Assembly (NCBI RefSeq): GCF_006345805.1
Contig: NC_042998.1
Span: forward strand, 123,752,001-123,816,000
From: Octopus sinensis
Lineage: Eukaryota
DNA length: 64,000 nt
Direction: 5' to 3'
The notes under the pieces were generated by a model. That model saw only the letters and a list, made by a program, of their open reading frames with translations. It was not told where the DNA came from and made no database searches. Position 1 is the first letter of the stretch. The number at the start of each line of letters is the position of its first letter. This document shows positions 23,665 to 36,914 of the stretch, piece after piece. The position numbers and the translations under genes were made by a program.

Positions 23665-24072
23665 CTTATCTTCAAGATCAAATGGAATAAAATTTGATGT
23701 TTTCTTTTATTATTTAAAATAATTTAAGCATCTAAATCGAAATGGATTTCATTTTTTATTGTATTTCTTCTTATCAGATTTTATTATAAATAAACCAAGA
23801 ACTAAAAAAGAATAATGACTCTTCCATATATTGCATAGATATTTGACCCTGCATTCATTGTGTGCATAATTACGATAATTATGAAAAAAATCAGTTCAGG
23901 CACTTTCTCAACATTGTTATCTGCTTGATTTAATTCACACAAGGAGCGAGAGATTATGCTGCATAAATAAATATATATTTGAGGCTGCACGTGAGCACAT
24001 ACAGGTATGGGTATGTATATATGTACATTCATATAGCCATGTATGCTTAAACATATTTTTGTAGCATATATG

Positions 24073-24127
<55 letters not shown>

Positions 24128-24731
24128 ATGAATTCTTATGTGTATGCATCAATGTATGCATGTAGGGATCTATTTTGTTCCTATAATTGTTGGAATTATA
24201 CATTCGATACAACGCAAAGCTAAATATTTAAACCTTATAATGTTATATTATTGTTATATATTTTCTTCTTTTCATTAATTATAATTAATTCTCTAGAGAA
24301 GATGTGTAATAAAACTATAGTAAATTTCAAATGAAATACTTGGAATAAGGAATGAAAACAGATTTTGCTTCAATTTATGGTAATGAAATTTATATATCAA
24401 CACACACATCTCTCTCTCTCCTTCTTTCTCTCTCCCTCTTTTTCTCTCTCTGTGTATATATACATATATACATACATACATACACACACACACATATATA
24501 TCTATATATATATGTATGGGGATATATATAAATACACATATATATATATATACTTACATACATACACACACGTATATATGTATTTATACACACACACACA
24601 TATATATATATATACTTACATACATACACACACGTATATATGTATTTATACACACACACACATATATATATATATGCATATGTAAATGCATATACACATA
24701 TATGTATGCATGCATACAAATATATGTCTAT

Positions 24732-24763
<32 letters not shown>

Positions 24764-24775
24764 GTATATATATAT

Positions 24776-24830
24776 GGTGGTGCCCTAGCATGACCACGAC
24801 CGCATGGCTGAAACGAGTAAAAGAGAAAAA
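24776..24830 (+). mobile_element. Isolated 3' tail of SINE family C or its partner LINE
   Basis: GGTGGTGCCCTAGCATGACC...GCTGAAACGAGTAAAAGAG matches 46092-46145. Confidence 0.65.
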
Positions 24831-25779
24831 GGGTATATAACTAAATATACATGCACACACACACACGACTTGAGAGGTCTCCCTTGCCTTAAATTTTGCT
24901 GTCCTCTTTAACGATCATACATCTGCTGCATCTCAAATCTGCAATGGCTCCGTAACTACCGTCTCGGCTATAACATCGGAACCCTAGTAATCCGTTACAG
25001 CACTTACCTTACGTACCTAATCGTTTAGATCACCTGTGAACTAAACCTCCGTACTTTGTATATATATATATATATATATCAAATATATATATATATATAT
25101 ATCAAATATATATATTACAAAGTAATATTGTAAGGTACTGCACGAGTGGAAATATTTATGAAAGAAGGCTTGAAAATGCAATTTTAAAGATGTTTATTCA
25201 CTTGACCGGTTTGTATATAGGTATAAATATACAGATATTTATATTAACATTAATAGGTCCAAATTACACGGTGTAAACATAACAGAGAAAAGGGTTAGAA
25301 GAAGGGTATTATAAGTCAAGCAGTTCTTTATGTGAGTTAGGTACTCCATAATAATATAGGTAGATTTAGTTCATCACAATATGTGACATTGTGGATGCAA
25401 GTAACGTTGGATGAGACGAGCGTCCACCATCAGGCTAGAGAAGGTCTTACATTTCAGATCTTAATGCAGAGAACTACCGACATTTTTAATCTACCAATAT
25501 TATTATAGATCGCTAAGCCACCAGAAACAGCTGTTGAGATTATAACACCTTTCTTCATCCGTTTAATTTTCTCTGTCATATCACTCTGTTTAAGTTGGAC
25601 CTATTAATATCTGTATATATATACATAACAATTAATCACCTGAAGGTTTCCACCTTTTGCTTTCTCTCGTTTTGCATGTATACATATATGCATATTTTCC
25701 TATTAGATGCAGTTAATATATTTGATGTGACTAATTTGTTTATACGCACAATTGTCTAATTACACACATATGTATGGAT

Positions 25780-25817
<38 letters not shown>

Positions 25818-25924
25818 ATAAATGCATATATAGACATATACATATAAATACATAATTACATAAACATACATACACACACACACACACACATATATATATT
25901 TATTTCTCAACACATACATACCTG

Positions 25925-26792
25925 TACAGGTTGCGATGGGTAAATTGACGCTAATCTATGTTTTATTTATTTCGCGCATGCCGTTGATTTTGTCGACGAC
26001 ACAGTATATTAGAGTCAGTTGGGAAACATCTGTGATAAAAACATCACCATGACGCAATTCATTTTGCCAAAAATTCCGGGAAGACATGCTGTACTGCTTG
26101 GCATTCGCGCTGGAAACGAACATTTCAGAGTGTTTGGGTGTCAATCTGAGGACAGTGCAATCTGAGGACATGTAACGAGATTGATAAAATTCAAACATCC
26201 AATCAAAATCTTGGTGTTTGGAGTGATCACTAGAGATGGCGACGCTATGTCTCCATTCATAGTCCAACACGGCATCATACTCAACAAGGCCGACTTCAAG
26301 TGCCTGGAGGTAGTAGTGCTGCTCTGGGTCAAGAGGGTGGCACTGAAATAACCTATGCCTGGCAACAGGACTCTGTATCATACCACACACGTAGGAGAAC
26401 CCAGTCATGGCTGTCAGACAATATCTGTGTCTACATTATACATTACCCCCTAACATCGTGCTACCTAACTCTCCAGACTGCAACCCCCTTGATTATTATG
26501 CGTGTGGCCAGTTGAGTGAGAGAACAACGAAACTCCTTGTAACACCAAAGATAGATTGAAGGTAATGATTATGGCGGCATTCACTAACTTCAACAAGATC
26601 ATCCAGAAGAGTTGCAGGAGATTTCGAAGTCGTCTGGAGGTAGTGGTTAAACCGCATGGCTATTTTATTGATTAAGTTTACTCATCAATATTTCAAAATA
26701 TTTTTATGTAGTTTTGGTAAATAGATCTGTTAAACCGAGATATCAGTGTTATTTTTGTGTAATTTGAACGATAATTTATTCACCGCACCTTA
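25925..26792 (+). mobile_element. Internally deleted IS630/Tc1/mariner element, maT (DD37D)-like
   Basis: Imperfect TIRs (TACAGGTTGCGATGGGTAAATT / TAAGGTGCGGTGAATAAATT); KFKHPIKILVFGVITRDGD, WQQDSVSYHT, PNSPDCNPLDY, CRRFRSRLEVVV. Confidence 0.8.
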
Positions 26793-26969
26793 TGTGTGTG
26801 TGTGTGTTTCAGCTCTAAAGCTGAGGCCATGATGGAGCAGCATATATAACAGCAACCTTCTTATGTTAAACAAATTAATGACAGCGAAGAATCCTTCCTC
26901 AAAACGGCAATTTAATGGTTTGTAAAATAACAGAAAGTAAAGGAGAAAGCAGTGTAATTGAAAATATAT

Positions 26970-27370
26970 ATAAGCATACACCTGTCCTTTCATCACCAAC
27001 ACCACCGCCCTCACTGGATCCAACCAGTACACCCTCCACATTAGAAACTCCTCCTGCACTTCTTTAAATATATTTATTGCATCAGATGTAATCTCTGCGA
27101 CAAACTCTACGTTGGTCAGACGGACCGCCAGCTGGTCGACCGGTTCACCAAACATCTATGAGATGTTCGGTTACATACGAACACCCCCGTTGCCTCTCAT
27201 TTTCGGTTGACCAACCACTCCACCTCAAATATCCCCGTCTTCGGCCTCGCTCTACACTACGAATCCATCAACTCTCGGCTCTGCCTGAAACAGAGTTACA
27301 TTTTCAGTCTAAAATAACAAACTCCTTCCGGACTCAACAGAACCCTCTCCTCTCAACGACCGTCTCTACA
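26970..27370 (+). mobile_element. Penelope-like element GIY-YIG endonuclease fragment
   Basis: CIRCNLCDKLYVGQTDRQLVDRFTKH...PVASHF...PSGLN. Confidence 0.85.
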
Positions 27371-27859
27371 CTCTCCTTGAAATATAACTTTTTATCCTAT
27401 CTTATATTCACTTATATTTTTACAACTTTTGTTCGTTTTTCATCGATGTTTTACCGTTCTTTTCCGTCGTAATTGATTCCTTTATTCTATTTTATCTATT
27501 TATTATCTCCTTTTACCTTTCTTTTTAATAATTTTATTAATTTCTAATTTATTTTTTTGTCTTTATCCTGTATCAGGTATTTTTTCAGTTACGTACTCAC
27601 CGTTCAGGGTAACTCTCAAAAACCCTACCACTGACCATCCCATCTTCCCACATATGCAAAAACACACACCTACACAAGAGACCACCACTTCTGTTATCAT
27701 GGTTGGTGTATTTTTCCTATAACATTAACATGCACAAAGATCACACGCATATAAGCAGTTAATACCACACACAATACACATGCATGCGAACACACAAACA
27801 CACATATGCTATCACACACACACAAACACACAAACGTGCATTCACATACCCACACACAC

Positions 27860-28140
27860 ACAAACAGATACCTTCTCCTCTTACACTTTCCTGTCGAGAG
27901 AGAACTTTTTCGTTCTATGGATTTTTGGCTATTTTTTTCCTCTGTCTTCCTTTTATCTTGGACTTTCCCCTGTCTCCTATTTCTGAAGAACAGCTTTGCT
28001 TGAAACGTAAATTTCCTCGAAACGTAAAACACCTTTTCTTCCCTTCCCCAACCGAATTTTAATACTTTGCAAGTACCACGTCCTCACGTTGTTTCTTTTT
28101 CTTGCTGTGCTTTTTCTTCGTTTTTTCTTTGGTGGAGGGA
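27860..28140 (+). mobile_element. Penelope-type pseudo-LTR relic with hammerhead-like core
   Basis: CTGAAGA...GAAACGTA at 27983-28009; pyrimidine-rich; related to the 20765-20935 family. Confidence 0.5.
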
Positions 28141-28225
<85 letters not shown>

Positions 28226-28599
28226 CAAATTTATTTTTGAAAATGCACCTAAATTTGAAAAATTTGTAATTGTTTAAAATAGATTTATTTACATATATAC
28301 CAAACTAGTTTCAACAATATATTTTGTTTATCAATGGTAAAATGTTAGTATCATGAATTAGAAAAAGCATCTTTAGAAGTTTCAATGCTGAAAATTAAGA
28401 TGTTCTTAAAAGACACATTTAGAATTATGAATTAGAAAAACATGTCCAAAAATTTCGATGCTGACATGTCTAAATTTTCATAACAGTCAATAATATTAAA
28501 ACTGTGCATCAATTTGTTTGAATGTACAACGCTCATCAGTGTTAGTAGTAATCGACAAGAAATAACTATCATCAAAGTTTCAGTCCTACTGAGTCTTAT

Positions 28600-29940
28600 G
28601 GAATCCGGTGTATTTATAATTTTTTCCGCGAGTGGATCTGATTGGTGACGTCTTGTTTGTCGTTCTTCACTCTGGGAAACGGTAATCAGTCGTTCCAGTC
28701 GTTCTCTTAAAGGGTCATTTTGATTGGTCTAGGTTTAGGTGATGTCAGCAACTGGTGTTTGTAAAATTTCATTGGTCTAGACATAGATGATGTCGGCAAC
28801 TGGTGTTTGCATGGTGTTGTTGTATGGTGATTTGGAGTTGCGGTTTCCAAACCCGGGTGGAACTCTATTACTAAAATAAAATTGTTTGCTTTTCCTGGTT
28901 GTTTTTTCGTGGAGAAATTGGGTCTTCTTTCCCTTTTTCTGTTTGTGCTGTTTCTTTTTTCTAAAGGATATTCTGTTGTGGTTTATCTTTTTTGATGTGT
29001 ATGTTTTCCTTATTTAAACGGAGTTGGGTTGAAGTGTTTCCAATGAATTGATAGAGGGGGAAGATTCAGTATTCGGGTTTATGTTTACTGAGCATTGGTC
29101 TAAGTGTTTGTTTACGGAATTTTCCCACTGGTAGGGGTTCCAGATTTGTTGCTTGTGCACCATTAGTCTGTCTCTCAAGGTTAAAATAGTTTAATCTGTG
29201 TAGTCTCCACCACATCCTCCACATTTGAAAACATAGATTAAGTTCTTCGAAGCACAGGTGAAGTGATTTTTTGTGGTAAAAGTTTCATCTGACTTAAATT
29301 TGTACGTTAAGCCCTCTAAGAGGAAGATGCAAGTTCTGCAGTTAGAACGGTTGCACTTTTTGACTAATGGCTTGTGTGTTTTATTGGGTAATTTGGCGGT
29401 GGTGAGCAACTATTTTAGGGATTGCTGTTGTCTCTTTTAATAATCTTATGTGTTTCTATAGGGGTATGTTTTGGTGGATGATGTATGCTTCCTTGTTAAT
29501 CGGATTGTGTGTTGATATGTAAGATAAAGTTTTAACTGTGTCATGGGGTATTCTTGTTTTCCGTAACTCTTGGATGTCTATCATTTTTGCACTTTCTATT
29601 CCGTTTTTTCTATCTAGTAATGGGTTTTTTCAGTTCTTGTAGTCGCTTTTCTCCGGTTTCGGGGTTTGATGCAATCGTGAAAATTCTTCTTGCTAAGTTC
29701 AACGTTATATTTATCTTAGTATGGTTTGGGTAGCGGGAGGAGAATAGAAGATATTGTTTTGAGTCCGTTGGTTTGAAGATGTTGGTTTCAATTTTAGTAT
29801 CTCTTTTTATGATTAAGATGTCCAGGAAAGGTAGTTGTTTGTGGCTGTATTCCATTGTGAAGTGGATACTATGGATAATGTTGTCAAATTTCTTTTTAAA
29901 CTTGCCCAATTTCATTGAAACAGATAGTTAATTTTGAGAC
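28600..29940 (-). mobile_element. Penelope-like element: RT thumb, GIY-YIG and 3' region
   Basis: IHFTMEYSHKQLPFLDILI, FKPTDSKQYLLFSS..P.HTK, CNRSNCRTC, CASKNLIYVFKCGGCG. Confidence 0.88.
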
Positions 29941-31720
29941 ATCCTGTATGTATATATATAACATGTAAGAAAGTAGTTGTTTCAATGTTCCTCTCTCCCT
30001 TTCTTTATATGTATATATAAATTAATTAATAAAAAAAGTCAAGCACACTGTGATACTATAAAGGAAAAGTATAATCGTCATTAAACGCGACTAACGGTAT
30101 CAAGATACCTACATTGCTAGAAATAAGAGTTAAAGTGGTCTAATGCTGTAGTAAAAGTATTTAAATGTATACATACATGCTCACATAGACAGAAATCGCC
30201 CAAGACAACAACTCGAGAATTACTTTCAGTTTCGGCTATTTCAGTAGTCCCCTCGGTAACGGCCGCTCATTCGACAGAATCAGGGCCAATCTTCTCTCAG
30301 CATATATATATATTTACCATAACAATTTATGGATCATTTAGTAGATCGCTGTGTATAAAAATTAATATAAGCAGCCATGCGCAATGTAGTACCATAAACC
30401 GAATGTATATTCGTCATTAAACGTGACTAATTCAGTTCCTTAATAAGTTTTTAAATTAACACTTTGTTGATGGAAGTTGTATCAGTTATAGTTGGCGTTA
30501 AAATTAATCGTCTGCACACTAAAAGATTTGTCTAGTACTAATGCAAAACAATATCAATTTCATTACTCGGGAGAAGTTAAGAAAGCAGAAGATAGGACGA
30601 AGTGATTGTCATAAAAAAACACATTTCTTTTGTTATCTTCTGAATTTCAAATTATAACGTAGGCAATTTATACAAGTTGCATCTGTCTCATGGTCATAAT
30701 ATGAGTCACAGTGACTTTATTTTTAAATAAGTTTGAATCGACTGCGCTCTTCCATAAGCCTACAATAATTGATCACCTATCTACGTAGAAACAACTATAA
30801 AATTCCCTGGGCATTTACGATAATGTCCCGAACTGAAACGGAATTATATATCAAGCTACAGAATAAATGTAATGTAAAGTAATTTGGAAATAAATGTCTG
30901 ATCTTTTAGATCAATTGGAGCAAACCATGTTTTGTTTCTTTTAAAAATAATTTAAATATTTCATTAGAAATTGATTCTATTCTTTATATTGCTTCTCTTC
31001 TTAGGAGAATTAATTATAAATATTGTAAAGCATAAAAATAATAATTGCTATAAAATGATTAGATAGTTTTGCGTTCTTTCGAATGCATTATTACGAGAAG
31101 AATGACACATTCAGATAAGGCATTTTCTCAACAACGTTATCTGCATGAGTTTATTCACACAAACAAGCATCAGATTATGCTACAATTTTTATTTTAACTT
31201 TCGTTGAATTTGTTAACAAGGTTTTGTATTTCCCTTTGTATTCCATGAATAAAATATAATTTGGTTTCCATTTACTGCACGTTCTGTTGTTGCAGTTGCC
31301 GGAAGTGCATTGGTTTAAAAACAAAATCACAGCAATGTTCTACAATATGCTTGTAAGCAAACATTAAACACATAATATTTGACGTTATCACTCAAGATAT
31401 TTACAAGTTATTAAAGCCTCGAGGCCACAAGGGAATTTATTTTTCTTTCTGAATGAATAATTAAAACCGGAAATTCTAGGAAAGAGAAGAATTTTGCAAT
31501 AAAAATCATTTAAAATTGTTTCGTAGAAGAACAATGAAAGGAAATCCACACGAAATCTACAAAAGAATCTGCTAGTAAATAAATAAATATTTTTCAAAAA
31601 TTTCCTCTTCAGTTAAAGTAATTTAACAAGCTGTTTCTCTGAATAGCTTTTGTAATAACTTTCGATCCCCGTTAGTTGTATGTAGGTGTATCAGTATATG
31701 ATGGTATAGCTTTGTGCTGT

Positions 31721-31762
<42 letters not shown>

Positions 31763-31939
31763 TATAATTACATTTACAAGCGGTGATCAGATATTATAGT
31801 AAATGAAGGAGAGTAAATATATTTAACAATCAGGCTTTTTCCCAGAAAAAAAGTATGGGAAGAGAAAATAAGTACATGTTCCTTGCAACAATTTTAAAAG
31901 GCAAGCCTTTCATTGTATGAAAGAAGATGTGTGTGTGTG

Positions 31940-32200
31940 TGTGAGCGTAAATTGTAGTTGATATTTATTAAGGAATGTTGTCTCTTTATTTAGTTTTTGA
32001 TGCAGTGCGGTGTTCGGGGAACGTTGATAAAAAGGGAAAATTAAGAAGTTTGGTTTAAGATTCTTGGCACATTCTATATGCTCACTAACCTGTTTCTGTC
32101 AATATTGTTGGAATTTGTTCTTTGTGAAGCGTTGTTCTTTGTCTGAGAGAAATTCGTATCTGGCCAATATAGTGGTTTCCGCAACCTAAGCAGGTAATAA
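31940..32200 (-). mobile_element. Penelope GIY-YIG fragment
   Basis: Minus strand GCGNHYIGQIRISLRQRTTLHKEQI. Confidence 0.7.
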
Positions 32201-32254
32201 CTTAGATTAGGTTTTCAGAGGCACAACTGAAATATTTAAGATAAAGTCAAATGT

Positions 32255-32600
32255 CACGTTGTTTTCTTCTTCCAACTGGAAGACCTGCCACGAGTGTCAG
32301 CCCCGTAAATGGGAGCATTTTGATTGTCGGAGGACCATCAATGATGTTTTGAAGCGTGTGAGGAAGGACATTCGGCGAAAACGACCGAATCTATGGAGCA
32401 GAAAGTACTGGATTCTTCACGACGACAATGGACCAAGGTGCAACATGGTATCTCTTCTACATCCGCCCTGCTCGCCAGATTTCGCACCTGTGGACTGCCA
32501 TATCTTCCCCCAAGATGAAAATGCAACTCAAAGGTCACCATTTTAACACTGTTGTCGAGATCCAGAATGAATTGCAAAAGGGCCTCGATTCGCTTAAGGA
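32255..32600 (+). mobile_element. Mariner (DD34D) transposase catalytic fragment
   Basis: VLKRVRKDIRRKRPNLW...WILHDDN...HPPCSPDFAPVDCHIFP / KMKMQLKGHHF. Confidence 0.88.
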
Positions 32601-33479
32601 AAACACTTCCATTGAACAATTGCTGGTATATTACATGATAAAACAATATCGGGAATAACTAACTTGTAACATTGAATATCTAGAGGTTAATTAACTTTGA
32701 GCTTCGTAAGAGTCATTGTTAATATTGTTTTTCTTCAGTATTCAGCTACTTCCAGAATCCCATCATTTAAGGATAGGTGTTCTGTGCTACTGCAGTGTAC
32801 ATTTCTGACTGGCCATTCCTGGCACATTCAGACATGCTCCTATTGCTAGATTACCTACCACTCTTAGGCTATACGGGAAACAAAGCAAATATTCCACGTT
32901 GGGAGAAAACATGTTCTCTTGCCCAGTGCAGGTCTAGAGTGGAATTCATATGTGCGTTTCCTCCCAACTCTATCTTTACTGTGGAAGTGAACCTCGATGC
33001 ATGCGGTACCTGCTCTCATCAGTATAAGGCTTTGGAAAATTTAGTCTGCCTCAAACTGTCTTCAAGATAAACGCTACATCGCAACATCTACTTTTCCTAC
33101 GGTTTATTTACTCATATTTAACTATGCAAACCTAAGTAATCATTAACTCCTTTTCACTTGAATACATATATACATACATGCATGCATACATATATACATG
33201 CATACATAATACAAAATACGTGTTGTGTGTGTGTGTGGCGCACACGTATGCGTGCATGTTTGTATATTCGTAGGTATTTATGTATATTATTGAAGTTTTG
33301 CTGATAAGTAATCAGGTACGCATCGACGTATAGTCCATGAATAATTACATGAGTTGTAATGAAAATAGGTTTCAGCAGTATGTTTCATCGGCAAAATATT
33401 ACACACACACATACATATATATGCGTGTTTGTGTGTGTGTGTGTGTATAATATTTTGCCGATGATGATGTAACAGTATC

Positions 33480-35770
33480 ACATGCGTTCAAGTACCCTGA
33501 ATGACATAATAAAATAAAGCGATTAAAACAACGATGTTGCTGGAGAGCATATGAGATCATGTGATGTTAATAACTGGAATATTAACACTCTTATGCACAC
33601 AGCCACTATTACTCCTAAAGAATGCCTACGAGAAATCTACAATGAACAAAGTAACGAAATTATTAAACGGAAACAACCTAGATGTGCGCCATCATATTGG
33701 ATCGTTAACTACAACAAGAAAATGCAATAAGAAAAATGGGTTTACGCCTCACCAACTCTACCTGAGACAAAAATTAATGAAGCTTTGTGGCAACTATTCA
33801 CATCGAGCTCTTGAGGGAAAGCTAATCATATTAAAACATGAACTCAGGACGATGAGCGAGAAACTCTGCTATCGCAAGCTAATTTCGTAGCGAGCCAGTA
33901 TAAATAGCTTTACTTCCAACCCACAAGCATTTTACACAGAGATGGGGAAGAAAATATTACCATTAAGAAAGCTCCTTCTCAAGAAGATCTACTATCATTC
34001 TAGTAGATTTGGAATGAAAAGAGGGATTTTAACCAGAATGCATCATGGTTAAGTGCAACTGAGAGAGAATACTGTACCAGCACTAACAGTAAAGCATACA
34101 AAATTGATTCACAAACCTTCGCTATAGCAGTAGGCAAACTGCAGAATGAGAAGGCACCTGGAAGGGACCTAGTAGTTGGATATTGGTACAAGAAGCTGAT
34201 AATTTATAGAAGCCAATTGATATGTATGTTCAAAAGGACCATGGACGGTCAGACTGATATACCACATTGGCTTGCTACGGCAAAGACAAATCTTGTTGCC
34301 CAAAACGAAATCAGCAAGATGGCAGAAAACTACAAGTCAATTGATTGCCTGAACATTATGTACAAACTGTTTACAAGTTACCTCAACCAATTCATCCAGG
34401 ACCATTGTGAGTCGAACGACATTGTGATTGATGAACAGGCTGGTGGAAAGAAGAGAGCGTGGGGACGTGCCGAACAACTTTAAATAAACAAAGCTGTACT
34501 GTCTGACGTCAGAAAACAACGCAGAAACGTTGTGACAGTATGGCTTAACTATGAAAAGGCATTCGACTTTATCCCTCATTCATGGCTGTTGGAGTACCTT
34601 AAATGTTGTTATAGAGAGACTCAAAAAGACGTATACAACTATTCTTACCCTTACAGCTGAGAAAAGAATAATTGTTTCTAATAGTATAGGCATTACAAAG
34701 GAAAATTCCAGGGAGATAGTCTTTCTGTACTTCTCTTTCTTTTGGCATTGAATCCATTATCGTTCCTACAGCAGAAAACAAATGATAACATGCTAGGGTC
34801 TTCTAATGCAATAAATATCAATGTAACTCATAATTTCTTTGTAGATGACCTGAATATTTATGCTAAAAGTGTTAACACTGCAAAAATACAACTGGAATTA
34901 ACAACAACATTTTCAGCTGATATAGGCATGGAATTTGGTTAAGACAAATGTTCATATTTGGTTATAGAATGAGGACAACAGTCCCCCAAACCCAAACCTA
35001 TGCACCTATGCGTCAACGGTCTCTCTATCTTCCCCATTCCACACAAAGAATGTTAAAGTACCTAGACATAGATGAAAACGTATCATAAGGCACTGTGAAT
35101 AAAGATAGAGTGACCCGAGAATATTACACCAGATTTAGGAAAATATGGCAGTCGGAACTCTGCTCTTACAACAAAACTATATCTCACAATGCATTTGCAA
35201 TACCAGTGCTGATCCCAACATTTGGGATACTTGATTGATCTGCAGAGGAAATCCACTCCATATATATCAAAAACTTCCACAGAAACAGTGAGGTTTACAA
35301 GCTCTACTAAAGAAGAAATGAAGGTAGTAGAGGCCTGTGATCAGTGTAGACGGCCTTCGAATATCGTATGATGTCACTCAGGCAGCACGTGGTAAACAAC
35401 AGCAGCAAAAATAAATATATTAATGCAGTCCTGAAAAGTGAAGTGAACAACATTGTACGAGTCGGCAGTGAACTCCTTGAGAAACACACTTTTCTTGATG
35501 ATGCAGCCCCAAAATCAAAGAAAAAGAGGATATCTATTGACAACTGCTTCGAAACCTCCAGCTTCTGTATCCAGACTATGAATTCATATTCGTACTAATA
35601 AAAATTGGAGCACTAGGTTTTGTTAGTAAATACTTAAAGGAGAATCTGGATAAACTGGGATTTTCAGAAAGAGAAATTGACCGGCTGATTCGTACATTAC
35701 AAGTCCAAGCTGTGAGTGGAACAATAAAAATATGTAAGATTTTTCTCAAGCTTCTAAATTTACGATTACA
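33480..35770 (+). mobile_element. Degenerate R4/Dong-like non-LTR retrotransposon with internal deletions
   Basis: NEKAPGRDLVVGYWYKKL, ENYKSIDCLNIMYKL, EQAGGKK, YEKAFDFIPHSW, HNFFVDDLNIYA, DIGMEFG; ends with NLDKLGFSEREIDRLIRTLQVQAVSGTIKICK. Confidence 0.9.
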
Positions 35771-35839
35771 GCCGACTAGTTAATAAATGTCAGCGCTGTC
35801 ATATGAGCCCATGGACATATGAGCGCATGTAAAGAGCAT

Positions 35840-36310
35840 TATTGCAAATAAATGTAAACCAGAAACCGAAGCCGGCTGTAATTGTAGAGAACCGGGGCTC
35901 TGTCCGCTGCAGTAGTAATGTTTAACAAGATCAATAGTATACGGAGCAAAATTTTCTACAACATCTAATGATAAGGATAAGAAAACGTGTTGCCCTATGC
36001 GAGAGGCCTTTTAAAAATAGATATAATAATGATACTGCGACATTTCGTTATAAGGATAAGATGAAATGCACTAAACTAGCAAATCACATTTGGACCCTTC
36101 CATTTTCAGTTAAATAGAAAATTTTAAGGAGATCTAAATGCGATATAAATGGGTCAGGCAAATGTAATCTCTGCCCGTCAGAAAAAATAAGAAGAAATTT
36201 ATTTAAATCAAGGGCTGCAGATACGGCATTAAACGCAAGAGCAGAAAATTTTCATGGTTGTGTTCATGCAGGAGCATATCTTTTAAGAAATTGGAAGATT
36301 CCACCAATCC
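35840..36310 (+). mobile_element. Penelope-like GIY-YIG fragment (Neptune-type signature)
   Basis: CNCREPGLCPL...IVY.A...FKNRYNN..ATFR...TKLANHIW...KCNLC.SEK...LNAR.E. Confidence 0.75.
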
Positions 36311-36914
36311 CCGATCAACTGAATATTCTAATATACAAGACTAAATGACGCGGTTCTTTTTTCCACCATGGCCATAATTTGGTACCTGAAGTTGTAGCCA
36401 TTTCTATGTATATATATATTTTTCCATGCGTAACCTAACCCTTTGCAATTATCTATCGTAGTCTCTAAAATTTTACAAACTATGTTCTGTATATAGTTTA
36501 TGTATATATATAGATAGATAATTTCGAGTATATACATGTTCATGTCTTTTCACAACTAAATATATTTCATTGTACTTCAATGCGCGCACACACACATACT
36601 TCATTTACTACTATTATATTTATAAGTTTATAGTACTCTCTTAAATGTTTTTAAATCTTTAATGTCATTCGATTAATGAATTATCTGGAATGGAATCTTC
36701 GAACTAGAAAAGCATGAACACTGCAGGTTTATACTCTATTTCAACCCTTCGGCATAAGAGAAGATGGTACACGTGTGCGCGTGAAAACAATGGTATCAGA
36801 TACACATCAGAAAATATGAATTCTATTACTAATAGAAGTAGAGGTTGAGTGCTTTTATGTCGACATCTTTTATATATATATTCTATTCAAACATATATAT
36901 GCACCCATATAATA

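Noticed and set aside
25500-25560. Minus-strand CGGATGA..CTCAACAGCTGT as a hammerhead with palindromic stem III
   Set aside because: The core and GAAA are both mutated and stem II is absent; at most a relic.
32777-33070. 97-aa ORF, and CTGATGA on the minus strand at 33016-33022
   Set aside because: No recognisable protein and no GAAA or stems. The minus strand faintly resembles a decayed LINE C-terminus (REHVFSQRG), too weak to call.
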